Source: Camelus ferus | Taxonomy: Eukaryota | Length of the DNA stretch: 64,000 nt | Direction: 5' to 3' | NCBI RefSeq assembly: GCF_009834535.1 | Contig: NC_045697.1 | Coordinates: forward strand, 50,098,001 to 50,162,000 | In this document: positions 23,561 to 36,699 of the stretch, piece after piece | Layout of the letters: each line of letters starts with the position of its first letter | How positions within the stretch are numbered: position 1 is the first letter of the stretch | The notes under the pieces: generated by a model | Databases searched by the model: none | Seen by the model: the letters and a program-made list of their open reading frames with translations, nothing else | What the model was told of the DNA's origin: nothing | Translations under genes and position numbers: made by a program

Positions 23561-26129
23561 GCATCCACGACTGTTTCAAGAGGTGGTTTTTCCCAGAGTG
23601 CTCAAAGTCACGCTGTGGAGAAGGCTTGGTGTCCTCTCTCATTCTTGGCTCTTAATCTTGATTCTACTTGATTTCGGGGGGTCCTTCCTTCCTCTAAGGA
23701 AGTTAATCAATAGTCTTTTCATCAAAGCCACACAAGTCCCCCGTCCTTGTCCTCCCCTGAAACTCTGCTGACTGAGACTTCAGTCTTGCCTTTGGAGTTT
23801 AAGGATCTAGTATCTTAACCTAAACCAATGTAACATCAGTGCCCTCATAATACTCGTTTCCTTAAAACTTAATTTTAAACCTTTTCCCTTTGATGTGATA
23901 GCTTATACCTGTGATATTACATATGCTTATATATATATATACACATATATTATAAACTGTGTATTATAATTCACAGGATTATTTATTTTTATTTTCTGTT
24001 GTACATAAATCATAATGGCTCTGAATAATACATATTATACATAATATTATTTATGTGATATTTGTCATTCTTGGCTGGTTTCTATGTTTTAAGGAATTAT
24101 AGACTCTCAGAGTATCTTCAGGTATCAGCTTCCTTCTGGTTTAGGAATCTCTTTTATAATATTCCTGCCAAAATGATCATTCAGGCTGTTAAAGACTTCC
24201 ATGAGCTCATTGCATTTCAGGTAGCCCTTCCATTGTTGGTTGAGTGCATGATAATTTTTGAACGTGACCTTGACTAGCCCACAGTGTGTCTCTGTGGAAT
24301 TAGAAATGAGTACTCCCTGAGGGAATGCACAAATTTTCGCAAGCTGGAGGCACCCCCTTGAGGAACTGTTATCACAACGCCCCTTGTAGGCTGTTCCTAT
24401 GGTGAATGTAGGCCTTGCTGCCCTGTTGGTATCTTTGTATGAAGATAAAGGTGAACTGAGTGAGACTGTGGCCCTACTCATCCTCTCAATCAACACCCAT
24501 CTGTAGTGCAAGGACTGCAGTGCTGTGAGCTCTGGCTTTGCCTCCAAATCCATCTCCCTGTGACTTTAACTCATTGATTTTAGCTCAGTGAATTTGAGAG
24601 GATGAGGTAAGTTCCATTTCCTTTTTCAGTATGACAGTCTTTCAGTTTTTGAAGAAACCTATCACATTGTTACCTAAGACTTCTCTTCAGGGAAACTTTC
24701 ATTCTTTGTTGAAAGGACATGGCTTTGAGACTGTATGATTCTGTATTCTCCCCTGAAGATGGAGTCCAGTTTGTTATGTCTCCTCTGATCTGAGTAAAAC
24801 ACTGTGTTCTGATTAGTGAGGTAGATGTTTCCTTTAACAGAACATTTATTCACTGCATTTCTATGAATGTAGGCTAAGAAAATAGGCATTTATTTTTTCT
24901 TGCCAGCTGCATTACCCAATTGCCATCTAAAATAGTCAGGCTTAATGCCCATCTTATTTTGTACAATTTAGTTCTCTGATTATAGATTCAGGACTTTTCT
25001 TTTATGCTTTTGTTTTTTAACACCTCTTTTGCTTGTGGGAAGGGTTTTGTCATTCAACAGATGTTGGTATCCTTACTCTCAAATAGTGGGCCATCAATTC
25101 TTTGTGCATGTTTTTTATGTTTTTATGATAAAAGCACTAACACCGATAAATCCTTTTCATTTCCTTAGCACAATTTAGGCTAAAGCCTTGGTTCGTTTTC
25201 ATCGCGTTGGCACAGTGTGAACCACCCTTTGTGTTTTTTCCTTTTTATTTATCTTTTGCTCACATAGCTGCACTCATACATCAGCTAGAATTTCCCACCA
25301 CATTTGGCTAGGGCCGACCAGTGGTGGTATCACTCTGTCAGCTATAGCAAAGTTTTTTACATGTACCAAGCATCTTGAGGACAGTTGTACCACATCTTTG
25401 GAAACTCAAAATGCGTTAGAGTGTGGTGTATCCTTTTCTCAGAGACAGGAAAAGGAAGCCAGGAAGCATCCACTGAAGTGGATGTCCAACGTTCATGTGG
25501 AGGGATATCTCGTAGTGGCCACTCTACCTTGCTTGGTGATACTCCCTGCTTAGCTAATTAAGGTATTTCATTTTACCCCAGGAGACGTGTCTCGCTGTGA
25601 GCCAGTGAACAAGTTCATGGGTTGGCATGAAATGTTTGGCTGCTTCCAAGGAAACTAATACCTACTTCGGAAAAGATTCAGCTGTGAGGCTGGCATGTGA
25701 AGAGGGTTGTAGGGAAATATAAAGCAAAGCAGATCAGGGGCGCTAAACCTGAGGTCCATTGAAAGACACCTGGTCCTCCAATGTCTTTTTGCTTGATATA
25801 ATTGATGATATTCAATTTTTTGGTTCTTTATTTGATAAAGCCCAAGCTCCCTAGAATGGTAGCCACGTATTCAAGGCTAAGAGTGGATTCCCCTTTTCCC
25901 AGCTTAGTCCTGTTCGGTTTCCTCTGTTTTAGACTGACATCTGGTGGTCATGAAGGATCAACCAATGGCCCCTGCAGCGAAGAATTCTATCAAGGCAAAG
26001 GCGTGGTCATTTTGTGGTCAGCTCTTGCCAGGAACTTCTCCACAGGATTATTTATTTTTCGTTTTCCGTTGTACATAAATCAGAGTGGCTGTCAGAATTT
26101 AACCACACTTATCAAAGTCTTTAAAAATA

Positions 26130-26510
26130 CTTAAAGTATTTTGACCTAGCATTACCACTTTAAAAAATATATCTCAAAGAAAGGCATGCAGACAGATTTA
26201 TGGGTAAGTGTCTACTTCAAAGTATAATTTATTATAGTAAATTTGGAACTAACCCGGATGTTCAAAAATAAGGATTGTTAAAATTAGAGTGTTCCATTAC
26301 ACAGTGCACTCATACTTTAGAGGAACTTTTAATGACATGGGAAAATGTTTATGAAGTATTATGACGTGAACAAAACCAATTAAAAAACTAGTAAACTTCA
26401 CGATCCTGCTTTTGGTTTTTTGTATATTTCCTCCTTTCATAGGCATGAACATGTAATATTTTTGGAAGCAGAAAGAAAAAAATCGTAAATATTTTATAAA
26501 TATGGTCATG
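26130..26510 (+). mobile_element. Old L1 (L1ME-like) 3' fragment
   Basis: ttttgacctagcattaccacttta...tttattatagtaaatttggaactaacc..atgttcaaaaataagga. Confidence 0.55.
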
Positions 26511-27029
26511 TGTGTAGTAGAGTGTCAGTACCAACTTTTTTCAAAGTAACAAGTCCTTTAAGATATCTCCCCTGAAACTTGTCCAGTAAACACGTTGCTA
26601 TAGAATATTGGTGCAAAAGGTCATGAACAATTGCTTCACTGTTCCTGGGATCAGCAATAATCCAGGAAGCCTGAACATAAGGCTGCCAACTTAAGTGTGC
26701 TAATGGGTCTGGTGGCTTAAACCAAAAGCTTGGTATTTCTTGCATGACTGTAAAGACTCATTAACTTGTTTCAAGGCTTATATTTTGCTTCTAAGAGTTG
26801 TTGGTGGGGATGTGGAAGAAGATGCAATTTAAATCACTGTGCAGTATGTGCCATGCAGGGCTCTGTTATGTAGCTGGACACAGTCCATTTCTTAAAGCAT
26901 TTTTAAGACATGGCTTTGAGACTTTTTTTCACTCTGAACAGGTATAAATACACTGCTTAGCTTGCTTCCCTGTGTGACTTGTCCAGAAAGAGAAGGTTAA
27001 AAGAATCTCACAGGCTTTCTTTCTCTCTT

Positions 27030-27165
27030 TTTTTTAATGAAGTGTAGTTGATTTACAATGTTGTGTTAGTTTCTGGTGTGCAGCATGGTGATTCAGTCAT
27101 ACATATATATTTACATGTCCTTTTTCAAATTCTTTTTCATTTTAGGTTATTACAAGATATTGGCC
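27030..27165 (-). mobile_element. Short L1 3' end (camelid type)
   Basis: tgaagtgtagttgatttacaatgttgtgttagtttctggtgtgcagcatggtgattcagt...ttattacaagatattg. Confidence 0.85.
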
Positions 27166-27356
27166 ATGTTCCCTCTCACAGGTTTTCTTCAGTGGAGCCA
27201 GGAGCAGCTGCCCTTGGGCTCTGGGAGCAGCTGTGGGGCGAGCCAGCGTCTCCTATATGTCCCTCTCAAGGGGCTTGACGTTTCACAGTTGTTCGCTTAA
27301 TAGATTCGGACATAGTTCCCACATAGGTGGTTAACATGCCACTTCTGTTTGCCCTA

Positions 27357-27375
27357 AGGGCGCCAGGTGGCAGCT
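27357..27375 (+). promoter_or_regulatory. Candidate CTCF site overlapping an AP-2-like palindrome
   Basis: agggCGCCAGGTGGCAGct closely matches the CTCF core CCASYAGRKGGCRS; gccctaagggc at 27351-27361. Confidence 0.4.
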
Positions 27376-28577
27376 CCAAGAGGAGGAAAATAATTTTCAG
27401 AGATCCCCGCTGGCTAATCAGCACTGTTCAGTTCTCCTAATGAGATGGTTACACTTAGCCTTGCGGTCAGTGAAACTCTGATGGCTGTTACAGGAGAAGT
27501 TTATGATTTTCTCCCTTATAGGTATTAACACCATTGCTATTAGATTGATACACAGGAATTCAACTAATCCTCCAGCTTCAGTTCTGGGAATACACCTCCC
27601 TATGGGTCTTTCACCACATTAATTTTGCTAAATTTCTGGCTGGGGCATAGACAGTGTTGCTACTTAGTCATTTTCAAAGAAATAGAAATGAAATCTGACT
27701 GGCATACATGACCTGTGTGTGCTTCATAAATACACGGGCAAAGATAAGTTGGCTTATTCACCTAACTATTATCTTACCTGATTTTAAATATGACTGTGCA
27801 CAGCAGACTAGGGTTTTAGCTGTTGAGTAATTATTCCTCTTCTGTTGGTCATGTTTTAGGAAGGAATTCAGTAAATACTGGCTGTTTTTATGTATGTTCT
27901 TTTATCTAAGTAAAACATTCTCAAAATAACAATCACTGTGAAATATGAGTCAATGCACAAATATTCACTTCATACATAGCCTTTTGCATGTAACACAGGG
28001 TCGTGTTCTATCTTCATAAAGATCTTTAAGGTGTGGTGGATGGAGTGTATCAGTGTCAGAGTTATAGAAAATCAAGGACAGAGAATTTGCTTTTCAAAGT
28101 TAGACCTTTCTAAAGTCTCATTTTCTAACTTCAAATACAATTTTAACCTTTAAGAAATTATTCCCATATTCCTTCTGTTTAATGCACTTGCCTACTTTCT
28201 GAGGTTTATCATTCACCCATACTGTAGGGAAAACTTTCCCTTCTTTTTCTGATCCAGGAAACTATGCAGAAAAAAAAGGTCTTTTACATAAGTGTGCTGA
28301 GCCTAAGTTGTTAGCCCAGAATTTCAGATGTTAGAAGTTCATGATGTAGAAGTAAGGAACAAACTATATTTAAAGGTATCTATTCTTAGGCTTTATACAT
28401 TGAGGAATAAAGTGAGAGAAGAAAAGGATATAGACTATAAATTACGCTAACATAAGGTTAATTCCAATTTATTGAGTCTCTACTATAGTTTGTGTTCCTC
28501 ATTGCATGGTTGTTTATATATATTAATATCATCTAAAGTAGTTCCTTGCCCAAACTTCCCCTTATCACTCTAGTCAA

Positions 28578-28790
28578 CAGTGCTAGTCAATAGAACTCTC
28601 TGTGGTAATGTTGAAATTCTATATCAGAGCCGTCCAATAGGGTAGTTCAACACAACCTGCATGTGGCTATGGAGAATTTGAAATGTGGCTGCTATAATCA
28701 AGGAACTGAATTTTCAGTTTTATTTAATTTTAATCAATTTCAACTTAAATAGCCACGCGTGGTTACTGTATCTGATGTAACGCAGCTCTA
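28578..28790. mobile_element. hAT-Charlie DNA transposon (MER3-like)
   Basis: tcaatagaactctctgtggtaatg...gtccaatagggtag...catgtggcta...ttgaaatgtggct...ttaaatagccacgcgtgg. Confidence 0.85.
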
Positions 28791-30366
28791 CTCCATCACT
28801 GGTTTTATTATCCTCATGGTACGTAGCACAAAGTGCAATTAACTTTTAAATTTTATTTATTTCCTTGTTAGTGGTCTATCCTCTCTTCACTAGGTTGGAA
28901 GCTCCCTGAGAGACCTGGTCTGTTTTTTCTCAGCTATATCTTTATTTCCGAGAATAGGGGTTGGTATGTAGTAGATACTCAAAATTATTTACGAAAAAAA
29001 TATTCAAGGATGTTATCAGTATGCCCACTCTACAGATGGTCAGGAGCAAAGAGGGAACTTACGTTGTGAAAGGTGGCAGGGATTTGAATTCTGGACTCTC
29101 TGACTCAAGCTCAGAATCATTCCCTTCTCCCAGTCAGCCATAACTGCATCCCTGGCTTCACTTCAGCCTCCGGGTAGCCGAGCCCCAAGGATGGAGACTG
29201 CTGTGGTTGAATTAACACAGAACGCTGCGTAGTCCCTGATCTGTTGCAGTTGTTGGCAATCTGGCCAGGAGTCTTTCAGGCATTTGAGTTAAGGTACAGT
29301 TCCAGAAATTTCAACACAAATATATTACCATTGAGGGATAATATTTTAAGCTAGAATTTCCCAGACTGTTCATATCACTTAAGAATTACTCTGCTTCAGG
29401 TGGGGAAGGGAAGTTTCTGGAAATGCGTTTTTCCTAAAATGTATATACAATATATATGTAACACATAAATAAAATACATTTTCTCATAATATGCTTAAGA
29501 AAAAGCTAGTCAAAAGTCCTAAGATGCTACATGTAGGAACCCAGAGGCTAGCCTGCACATTGATACACACTGAAGATTTACTATAGATGATCTTCAGGGT
29601 AACTGGTAGGCTGCCAGTGTACCACTGCTTGCATTGTCTGAGTGGTTAACTTACAACAACATGATTGTGATATTGTCTTGTTTACTTTTTGTTAAACACT
29701 CATACTATCCAAATGTATTTCTTATGTACCTGTGTCTGGAAGAGAGAATTTAAATAAAGAGCATTCAAACTGATTTAAATAAACAGATCAACTCTTTCAA
29801 AGAAGGTGAACCACTGTAGACTCCACTTTCTTAAAAAATCAAGTTTTCAAGATGAAAATAAAGGCTTTTTCAATGGCCAAGTGTGAGACTACGTGACTAT
29901 TGGGAAACCTCAGTTTTATGCTCTTACTTTGCTACCATATGCCTGCACAGAACGAGATTTTCACTGGATATTGGTGGAGACAAAATAAAGGAATAGACTT
30001 AAGACAATGTCTGATACAGGCTCTGACATGGCAACAACATTCCTAATATTAAGCAATATATAACTGACACAGAATACCATTTTCATTAGAAAAAAATAAC
30101 AAAAGTGTGAAATTAATGATTTTTTAACTTGACATACACCATCTTTTTTGTTAAGAGAATCCCTATCACTGACTATATTCCATTGTTTTCATTTGTTTTG
30201 TCTTGTTTTGTTCTGTTAAAATAAAGAAATGCACCTGAACTAATTCCATGCATTTCCAGGAAGAAATAGTGAACATCTTTGACCATTTTTGCCAATCTTT
30301 TTAATCTAAGTGTATATTATATCTTACAAACTCCTTTTGGTGTTTTGCCAATAACTTAAAAGTTTT

Positions 30367-30508
30367 TCTTTAGTTTTTTATTTACTTATCATTATTTTGG
30401 AAGGGAAGTAATTAGGTTTATTCATCTATTTAATGGAGTTACTGGGGCATGAACCCAGGACCTTATGTATGCTAGGCATGCACTCTACCGCTGAACTATA
30501 CCCTCCCC
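30367..30508 (-). mobile_element. Vic-1-type tRNA-derived SINE (camelid-specific) with target-site duplication
   Basis: Reverse complement reads ggggagggtatagttcagcggtagagtgcatgcctagcatacataaggtcctgggttcatgccccagt (A/B boxes) plus aaacctaattacttccc tail; TSD caataacttaaaagtttt (30349-30366) / caataccttaaaagtttt (30509-30526). Confidence 0.9.
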
Positions 30509-31604
30509 CAATACCTTAAAAGTTTTAAAGTTATAAAGTACTTTATAGTTAAATACATTTCAGAAACTGCTTTAGCCCTTCCACACTTCGAAATTCAGCA
30601 ACCCAGATTAGTGTTTTTGCTACCTTTCTCTTATCGAGGAGCATGACTCTACAAGCCAGGATGGGTCTATTTGGACTGAGAGCCAGAGGAAATTGACTCA
30701 CAAGTACTGATAAGAGCGGACAGGCTTTGGTAACATTTCCCAGTGAGTGCCTGGGATGCTAAGGGGGCAGCATGAGGGCACTTGGGGGAGAGTTAGAAAT
30801 GTCCTTATGGCCTATGTCCCAGTCCCTTTTATGAGGCAGCAGGGACCAGATTCAGGCTTGTGATGCCTGGATGCTGAAGTGGAGTTTGTTGCCCAAGGTC
30901 ATCAGAAGTGTCTTTGCAGCTGGAGGCTGACTACCAGTCAAAGTTCTTAAAATGCATGATGGGTCAAGTAAGAAAAAAAATCAAGAAAATTTGATAAGGT
31001 CAAAGGTAACAGCAGACCCCCAAATTGGAGAAAGCCAAAAGTGTGAGGCAGTTCAATGTAATGAGAGCAAGATCAGAAATAAAGCAGCTTGAAGCTAGTA
31101 GGGTAAATGTGTAGGTTTGAGGTGTCTTATTTTAGCTTGAAATAAAGATATAGAAGGTGACAGTACTGGAATTTGAACCAAACCCAGCATGCAAATTTTT
31201 CCTCTGATTGATATGATTCAAATCCTTTCTGTTTTTAAGGATCACTTTCCTTTCATATATAATGCTGATAATGGCAACTGTGAGGATTAAGTGATTATAA
31301 TGCCATAAATCATTTAGACCCACATCTGTTACAGGTCTGTGCTCTGTAAACATGGGCTGTTATTATTAAGGCAAGGAAGGTTCCAGGCTGTGATGCTGTG
31401 ATGATGAACAAATATGGATGAAGATAGGATGATATAGTATGTAGCTATACTTGTGCTTTGGAATCAGACAGGTCTCGGACAAGTTATCCAACCCCTCTCT
31501 CATTAGTAGAACAGAGATAATAACTATCTCATTGGTTTGCTGTGAAGGTGAAGTTGAATAATGTGTATGAAGTGCTTAGCACTTTGCTGTTTATTACAAA
31601 GTTA

Positions 31605-31835
31605 AAACTCAGAGTTTTGAGCCTAACTACTATATACAAAATAGATAAAAAACAAGGTCCTACTGTATAGCACAGGGAACTGTATTCAATATCTTGTAAT
31701 GACCTTTAATGAAAAAGTATGAAAAGGAATATATATGTATAAATGAGTCACTATGCTGTACACCAGAAATTAACACAACATGGTAAACTGATATACTTCA
31801 ATAAAAAATAGATACAAATAAAATAAAAACAAAAG
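31605..31835 (+). mobile_element. L1 3' end with A-rich tail, inserted in a MIR tail
   Basis: aacaaggtcctactgtatagcacagggaact.tattcaatatcttgtaat...ctatgctgtacaccagaaattaacacaaca; possible TSD acaaagttaaa/acaaggttaaa. Confidence 0.9.
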
Positions 31836-32524
31836 AACAAGGTTAAAGCCCTACAAATGGAGTGCCTGTGATTTCATTTGGCTATTGGCCATAGGGTTGG
31901 CAGGCGTAAATGTAAAGAATTAGATCAACATTTACAGCTTTGGCTCAAGTCCAACACTTGTGTTGATCCATGGCTTGGAAAACCTGATTTTCAAAGTTCT
32001 TCATGCCAGTGTGCCGATGCCACACAAATGCATTACATACTTATGATTGCTTAGGATGCAATTGCATCTCATTATTGGACCTATATTTCTTACTGCCCCG
32101 CCTCGAGGCAGCCTTCACACTCATCTGGGCTGCACAAAAACAACAGTAACACTTATTGTCAAGGTAAGAACTTAAGGAGTCCTTCCTGAAGTGCCAATAT
32201 TTAATTCCAAGTCTACAAAAGGCAGATTTTTATAAAAAATGGTTGGTGGAGATACATGGCGTCTTCTTTTCGTTGTGGGTGCCGTCTTCCACGTTCATCT
32301 GTTTCAGGCAATTCATGGCTTCAAAGGGCAGGATCAGTTAGAAAGGAAGCATGTAAACACGTGATAAGCAGTTTACTGGAGACCAAAGTCTTTGTAGTGA
32401 ATGAAGCAAAAGGCATGCTATGTCAGACGTTAAACTTTAGAATTTCTGCATCTGTGGAAGATACACAGAACCCACCTTTGAGTATTCAAGAGTGTGGAAA
32501 ATTATAAAGGGTGTGTCATAATTT

Positions 32525-32609
32525 TAGTTTTTTATTGAGGTACAGTTGGTTTATAGTGTTGTGTTAGTTTCTGTTGTACAGCATAGTGATCTCTCTCTCT
32601 CTATATATA

Positions 32610-32642
<33 letters not shown>

Positions 32643-33330
32643 TCCTTTTCATATTATTTTCCATTATAGGCTATTACAAGATATTGAATACAGTTTCCTG
32701 TGCTATATAGTAGGACTTTGTTGTTTATCTATTTTATACACAGTAGTTTGTCTCTGTTAATCCCAAACTCTCAATTTATCTCTCCCCCTCTCTCGCCTTT
32801 GGGAACCATAAGTTTGCTTTCTATGTCCATGAGTCTGTTTCTGTTTTGTAAATAAGTTCATTTTGTCTTTTTATTAGATTCACATATGACTGATACCATA
32901 CAATATTTGTCTTTGACTTATTTCACTTATGATGATAATCTCTAGGTCCACCCATGTTACTGTAAATGGCATTATTTTATTCTTTTTTATGGCTGAGTAG
33001 TATTCCATAGTATGGCTGAGTAGTACATATATATATATACTGTATATATGTACTATATGTATATCTTACAACTTCTTTATCCAGTCATCTGTCGATGGAC
33101 ATTTAAGTTTCTTCTAAGTCTTGGCTATTGCAAACAGTGTTGCTATGGATATTGGGGTGTATGTATCTTTTCAAATTAAAGTTTCCTTTGGATATATGCC
33201 CAGGAATGGGATTGCTGGATCATATGGTAAGTCTAGTTTTAGTTTTTAAGGAATTGCCATATTGTTTTCCATAGTGGCTACACCAAACTACATTCCCACC
33301 AACAGTGTAAGAGGGCTCCCTTTTCTCCAG
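32525..33330 (-). mobile_element. L1 3' end/ORF2 C-terminus (cetartiodactyl type)
   Basis: Same 3'UTR as 20522-21060, extending to gggattgctggatcatatggtaa...acattcccaccaacagtgtaagagggctcccttttctcca. Confidence 0.92.
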
Positions 33331-33484
33331 GTGTGGCATTATTATACTCATCCCTCAATTGAAGACATTCACTTAATCCTTCAGAGGTTCTCTGATATCC
33401 AGCCTTCATATCTTTTTTGGTTTTTTGATTGTTTACCTAAGTCATTGACTTGAATATTATTAGTGTTATGACAGCTTTAAATTG

Positions 33485-33790
33485 TGGTCAAAAGGTACAA
33501 ACTTCCAGTTATAGAATAAGTAAGTACTAGGAATGTCCTGTACATGATAAATATAATTAACACTGCTGTATATTACATGTGAGAGTTATTAAGAGAGTAA
33601 ATCCTAAAAGTTCCCATCACAAGGAAAAAACAATTTTTCTTTTATTTTGTATTTGTATGAGATAATGGATGTTAACTAAACTTGTTATAATCATTTCATG
33701 ATGCATGCAAGTGAAATCATCATGCTGTACACCTTAAATTTGCACAGTGCTGTATGCCAATTATACCTCAATGTATCAGGAAGAAGAAAA
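33485..33790 (+). mobile_element. L1MA/MB-type 3' end
   Basis: ggtcaaaaggtacaaacttccagttataga.taagtaagtactag...ttaagagagtaaatcctaaaagttcccatcacaagg...ctgtacaccttaaa. Confidence 0.85.
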
Positions 33791-33937
33791 TGATTGATTT
33801 CTTGTTCATGTGACATCATTTAATGGCTTAGACTTGATTTCTTTTCAAACTTAAAAAATCATTTTTAATAAAGTAACTTCTCTTTCCCCATCTCCCTGCC
33901 AAAAAGAAAATTTTAAGCAATGTAAATTAAAGACCTT

Positions 33938-34642
33938 TGGTGGCTTTCTGAGATGTCAGCTTGACAAGGCTGAACTGTTTCCCAGAATTTGCTTCCTTTC
34001 ATGATGTTGCTTTGGGCGGCCCCAGGGGAGATACCCATGTGAGGCACAGAGCACAGAAGGAATTCTGGCTCTTTGCAGCTCATCCACGGTGAGGCTGATG
34101 ATCTGCTGAGGCGCATCCTCGGTGGGGGCAGTGCCTAGCCTGTAACTGCTCCTCCATCCCCACATCCTCCAACGGCTCTTCAGACTCTCGGGGTAGGTAT
34201 ATAAACACATCTAGGTACATGTATTTATATTTGTGACAAAGGGCTCTGAGTTCTGTGGGACTCCTGTGCACAAAGGTCAGAGGTAAAGGGTTTCAGGCTG
34301 TCCAGCTTGTGCTTGTGGATTCCTTCTTGTTCTTGTTCTTCCCCATCTTAAATCCATCTTCCGTTCTGACTGCCAGGTTACACATTCGTAACCAATCCAT
34401 GTATGCATGTTGTGTGTAATTGTGTATACTGAGAATGCACATACATGATTATATTTAGAGAGAATATATATACATGATTATACATGTATAATATACATAC
34501 ATATATACATGTATATATGTGTGTGTATATTCCTTCCTTCCTTTCCTTCTTCCTTTCTTCCTTCCTTTCTTCCTTTCTTCCTCCCTTCCTTCCTTCCTTC
34601 CATTTTTCTAGTGCTCTACTTTTATGACTGAGCCCTGATTCC
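33938..34642 (+). mobile_element. ERVL LTR (MLT2E/F-like) with internal TA/CA and CCTT microsatellites
   Basis: tggtggctttctgagatgtcagcttgacaaggctgaact..ttcccagaat; ends ctagtgctctactt..tgactgagccctgat. Confidence 0.65.
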
Positions 34643-36086
34643 TCGACCCATCCTAGGCTTTCTTTCAGAGATACCCATTGTCACTAGTGCTGTTCCAGGA
34701 TCTGGATGCTTTCTGTATGGACACCCAACACGTGTCTCACTGTGCCAGGTGCTTCCGTATGATCTAGAAAAAAGAGTGGGGGCTCAGACTGCTTACACCA
34801 TCTCTTTTGAAGTCTCATGTTATGTATATCGAGTTAGACTTCTAGTTCTTAGTTTTGTTTGCTGAGCTGACAGTGATTATTCCCCTTTTGGTTAGCAGTT
34901 AGTCTAATTAAGGTTTTCTCTTAATAACTTAAATTTCCCCTCCCTTGCTTGAGTTAGGCAGCTATTTTTGCAACCACTCAATAACACAGGTCACGTAGAA
35001 TCAGAATGGGAATTAAAAATCTCATCCATCTATCTGTTAGCTTTCTCTTTTTGCTTAGTGATTTATAGGACATTTTTAAGGCAGGTATGAACATTCATAA
35101 TTTTAGGCCAGGAACAAAACAGTCATTCATGTATTTCTCACTTTGATTTATATTTTTTCCAGTTTCGTCAGTCTCAGTGGAGGTCCATGGTTTGAGTGCA
35201 AAATACTATCAAATGATTGAAAAATCTAAAAGATGTAAGACATAGTAATAGACACTGTGAAAAAATGTAAAATATTGTAAGAAATAATCTCTCTTCTCTA
35301 ATTTATAATCTGGTTAGGAAGATAGGCATAAATATGGAAAAACCTAATTTATAATGAAAGACAAATTACAGCTCAAAAACTTGATGAGATGTCACAGAAT
35401 CATATAGAATGAATTGCCACATTAGAGCAGAAGGTTCAGAGAAGTTGTCTTCATGGGGGGTTGGGATGGGGGCTGGAGACAGAGGGTGAGAGTAAGCCAG
35501 GAAGCATCTTCCAAACTCATCATCTGCCTGTCCTCTTCCCAGCCTAGCTGAGAAGCACTGCTTGAGAGGAAAACATAGCAAATCTTGTTTTTTTCGTTTC
35601 TTAGCAAAATCAACTTTCTCCTTTTGAGTGAAGTCTCATCACTGCTCCACATCTCCACAGGATGCTCCTGAATCCTGGTCTTTTCCCACCTGTGCAAACC
35701 GCAAAGAGCACATGATGCCAAATCACTTTTACTTACATTCAGCAACAGAATACCAAGCTACTTGCCTTCTTCTTATGTATTTTCTTCTTCATGATTATTT
35801 TGAAACTTATTATTCCCACTTAAAATTTGTACATGCCCCCAGTTTTGATTTAATTTCCATGACATTAATCACAAGTTCCTGGGTGGTTTTATGTGCAACC
35901 AGGATGGAGAACCACTGTGCTAAGTGTGCTTTGAGAAGAGTTGGCCTGAGACTGGAATGGGTAGTTTACGTGCCTCTGATCCTACTCTCCCAGTCAGATG
36001 GTAGGCTTGTCAAGGGAGGGACACAAGTCTTGCTCATCTTCGTGATTAACGTATGCACTTCGAGAAAGGAAGATGCTTGATTAACC

Positions 36087-36429
36087 CAGGTCTACAGTTT
36101 ATTACCCGTGATTCCAAAATCTCAGAGCTCTGCAAATGGAAAACTATTTCTTAACTCATTTGGGACCAAATCTGATCTCAACTAAGATAAGTCTATTTAT
36201 AGTCTATTTATGGATGTTTGTTTCACCGCAGAATGTTACTGTGTTTGATTACGGGGCACTGCCCTAGGCTTTTCTGACGGCATTACATATTTTAATACAC
36301 TGCCCTGTGTGTATGTGCGCGGGCACACACACACACTCACACACACACATACATGGTGTATCCAAAAATAATTCTGAATTTTGAAACACATGTGACCCCA
36401 GGTTTCAGGGAAGATATTGTAGAGGAGTA
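36087..36429. mobile_element. TcMar-Tigger non-autonomous DNA transposon (MER46C-like)
   Basis: caggtctaca...attccaaaatc..agagctctg..aa...aactcatttgg...gtgtttgattacggggcactgccc...aattctgaattttgaaacacat.tgacccca. Confidence 0.7.
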
Positions 36430-36501
36430 CTTATGGGTGTTGCACTTGATGATTTAAGAAAGCTGAAGTCTTAGGGGATAAGGCAGAATTTCAAATTTAG
36501 G

Positions 36502-36676
36502 TCAGTGGTTCTCAAAACTGACAGAATCACCTGTGGAGCTTTTAAAACTCAGCAGTTCCCCGGTACTATTTCCAGAGATTCTGATTCAGTTGATCTGGGT
36601 GTGTGCCTAGGGATCAGACATTTTTTTTTAATTTCCCAGGTTTTATGACTGTGCAGCTGAATTTGAGAACCAATAA
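36502..36676. mobile_element. hAT-Charlie MER5A-like
   Basis: cagtggttctcaaa..cagaatcacctg...ccagagattctgattcagttgatctggg...tttgagaacca. Confidence 0.85.
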
Positions 36677-36699
36677 CATAGATTTTTTTTTTCCGATGA

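Noticed and set aside
24125..24553. 142-aa minus-strand ORF in unique DNA
   Set aside because: No recognisable homology; length is compatible with chance in 64 kb
30440..30508. tRNA-like A/B boxes
   Set aside because: Part of a Vic-1 SINE with tail and TSD, not a tRNA gene
35628..36080. 150-aa ORF
   Set aside because: Non-ATG start, crosses MER5/L2-like fragments, no domain similarity or splice support
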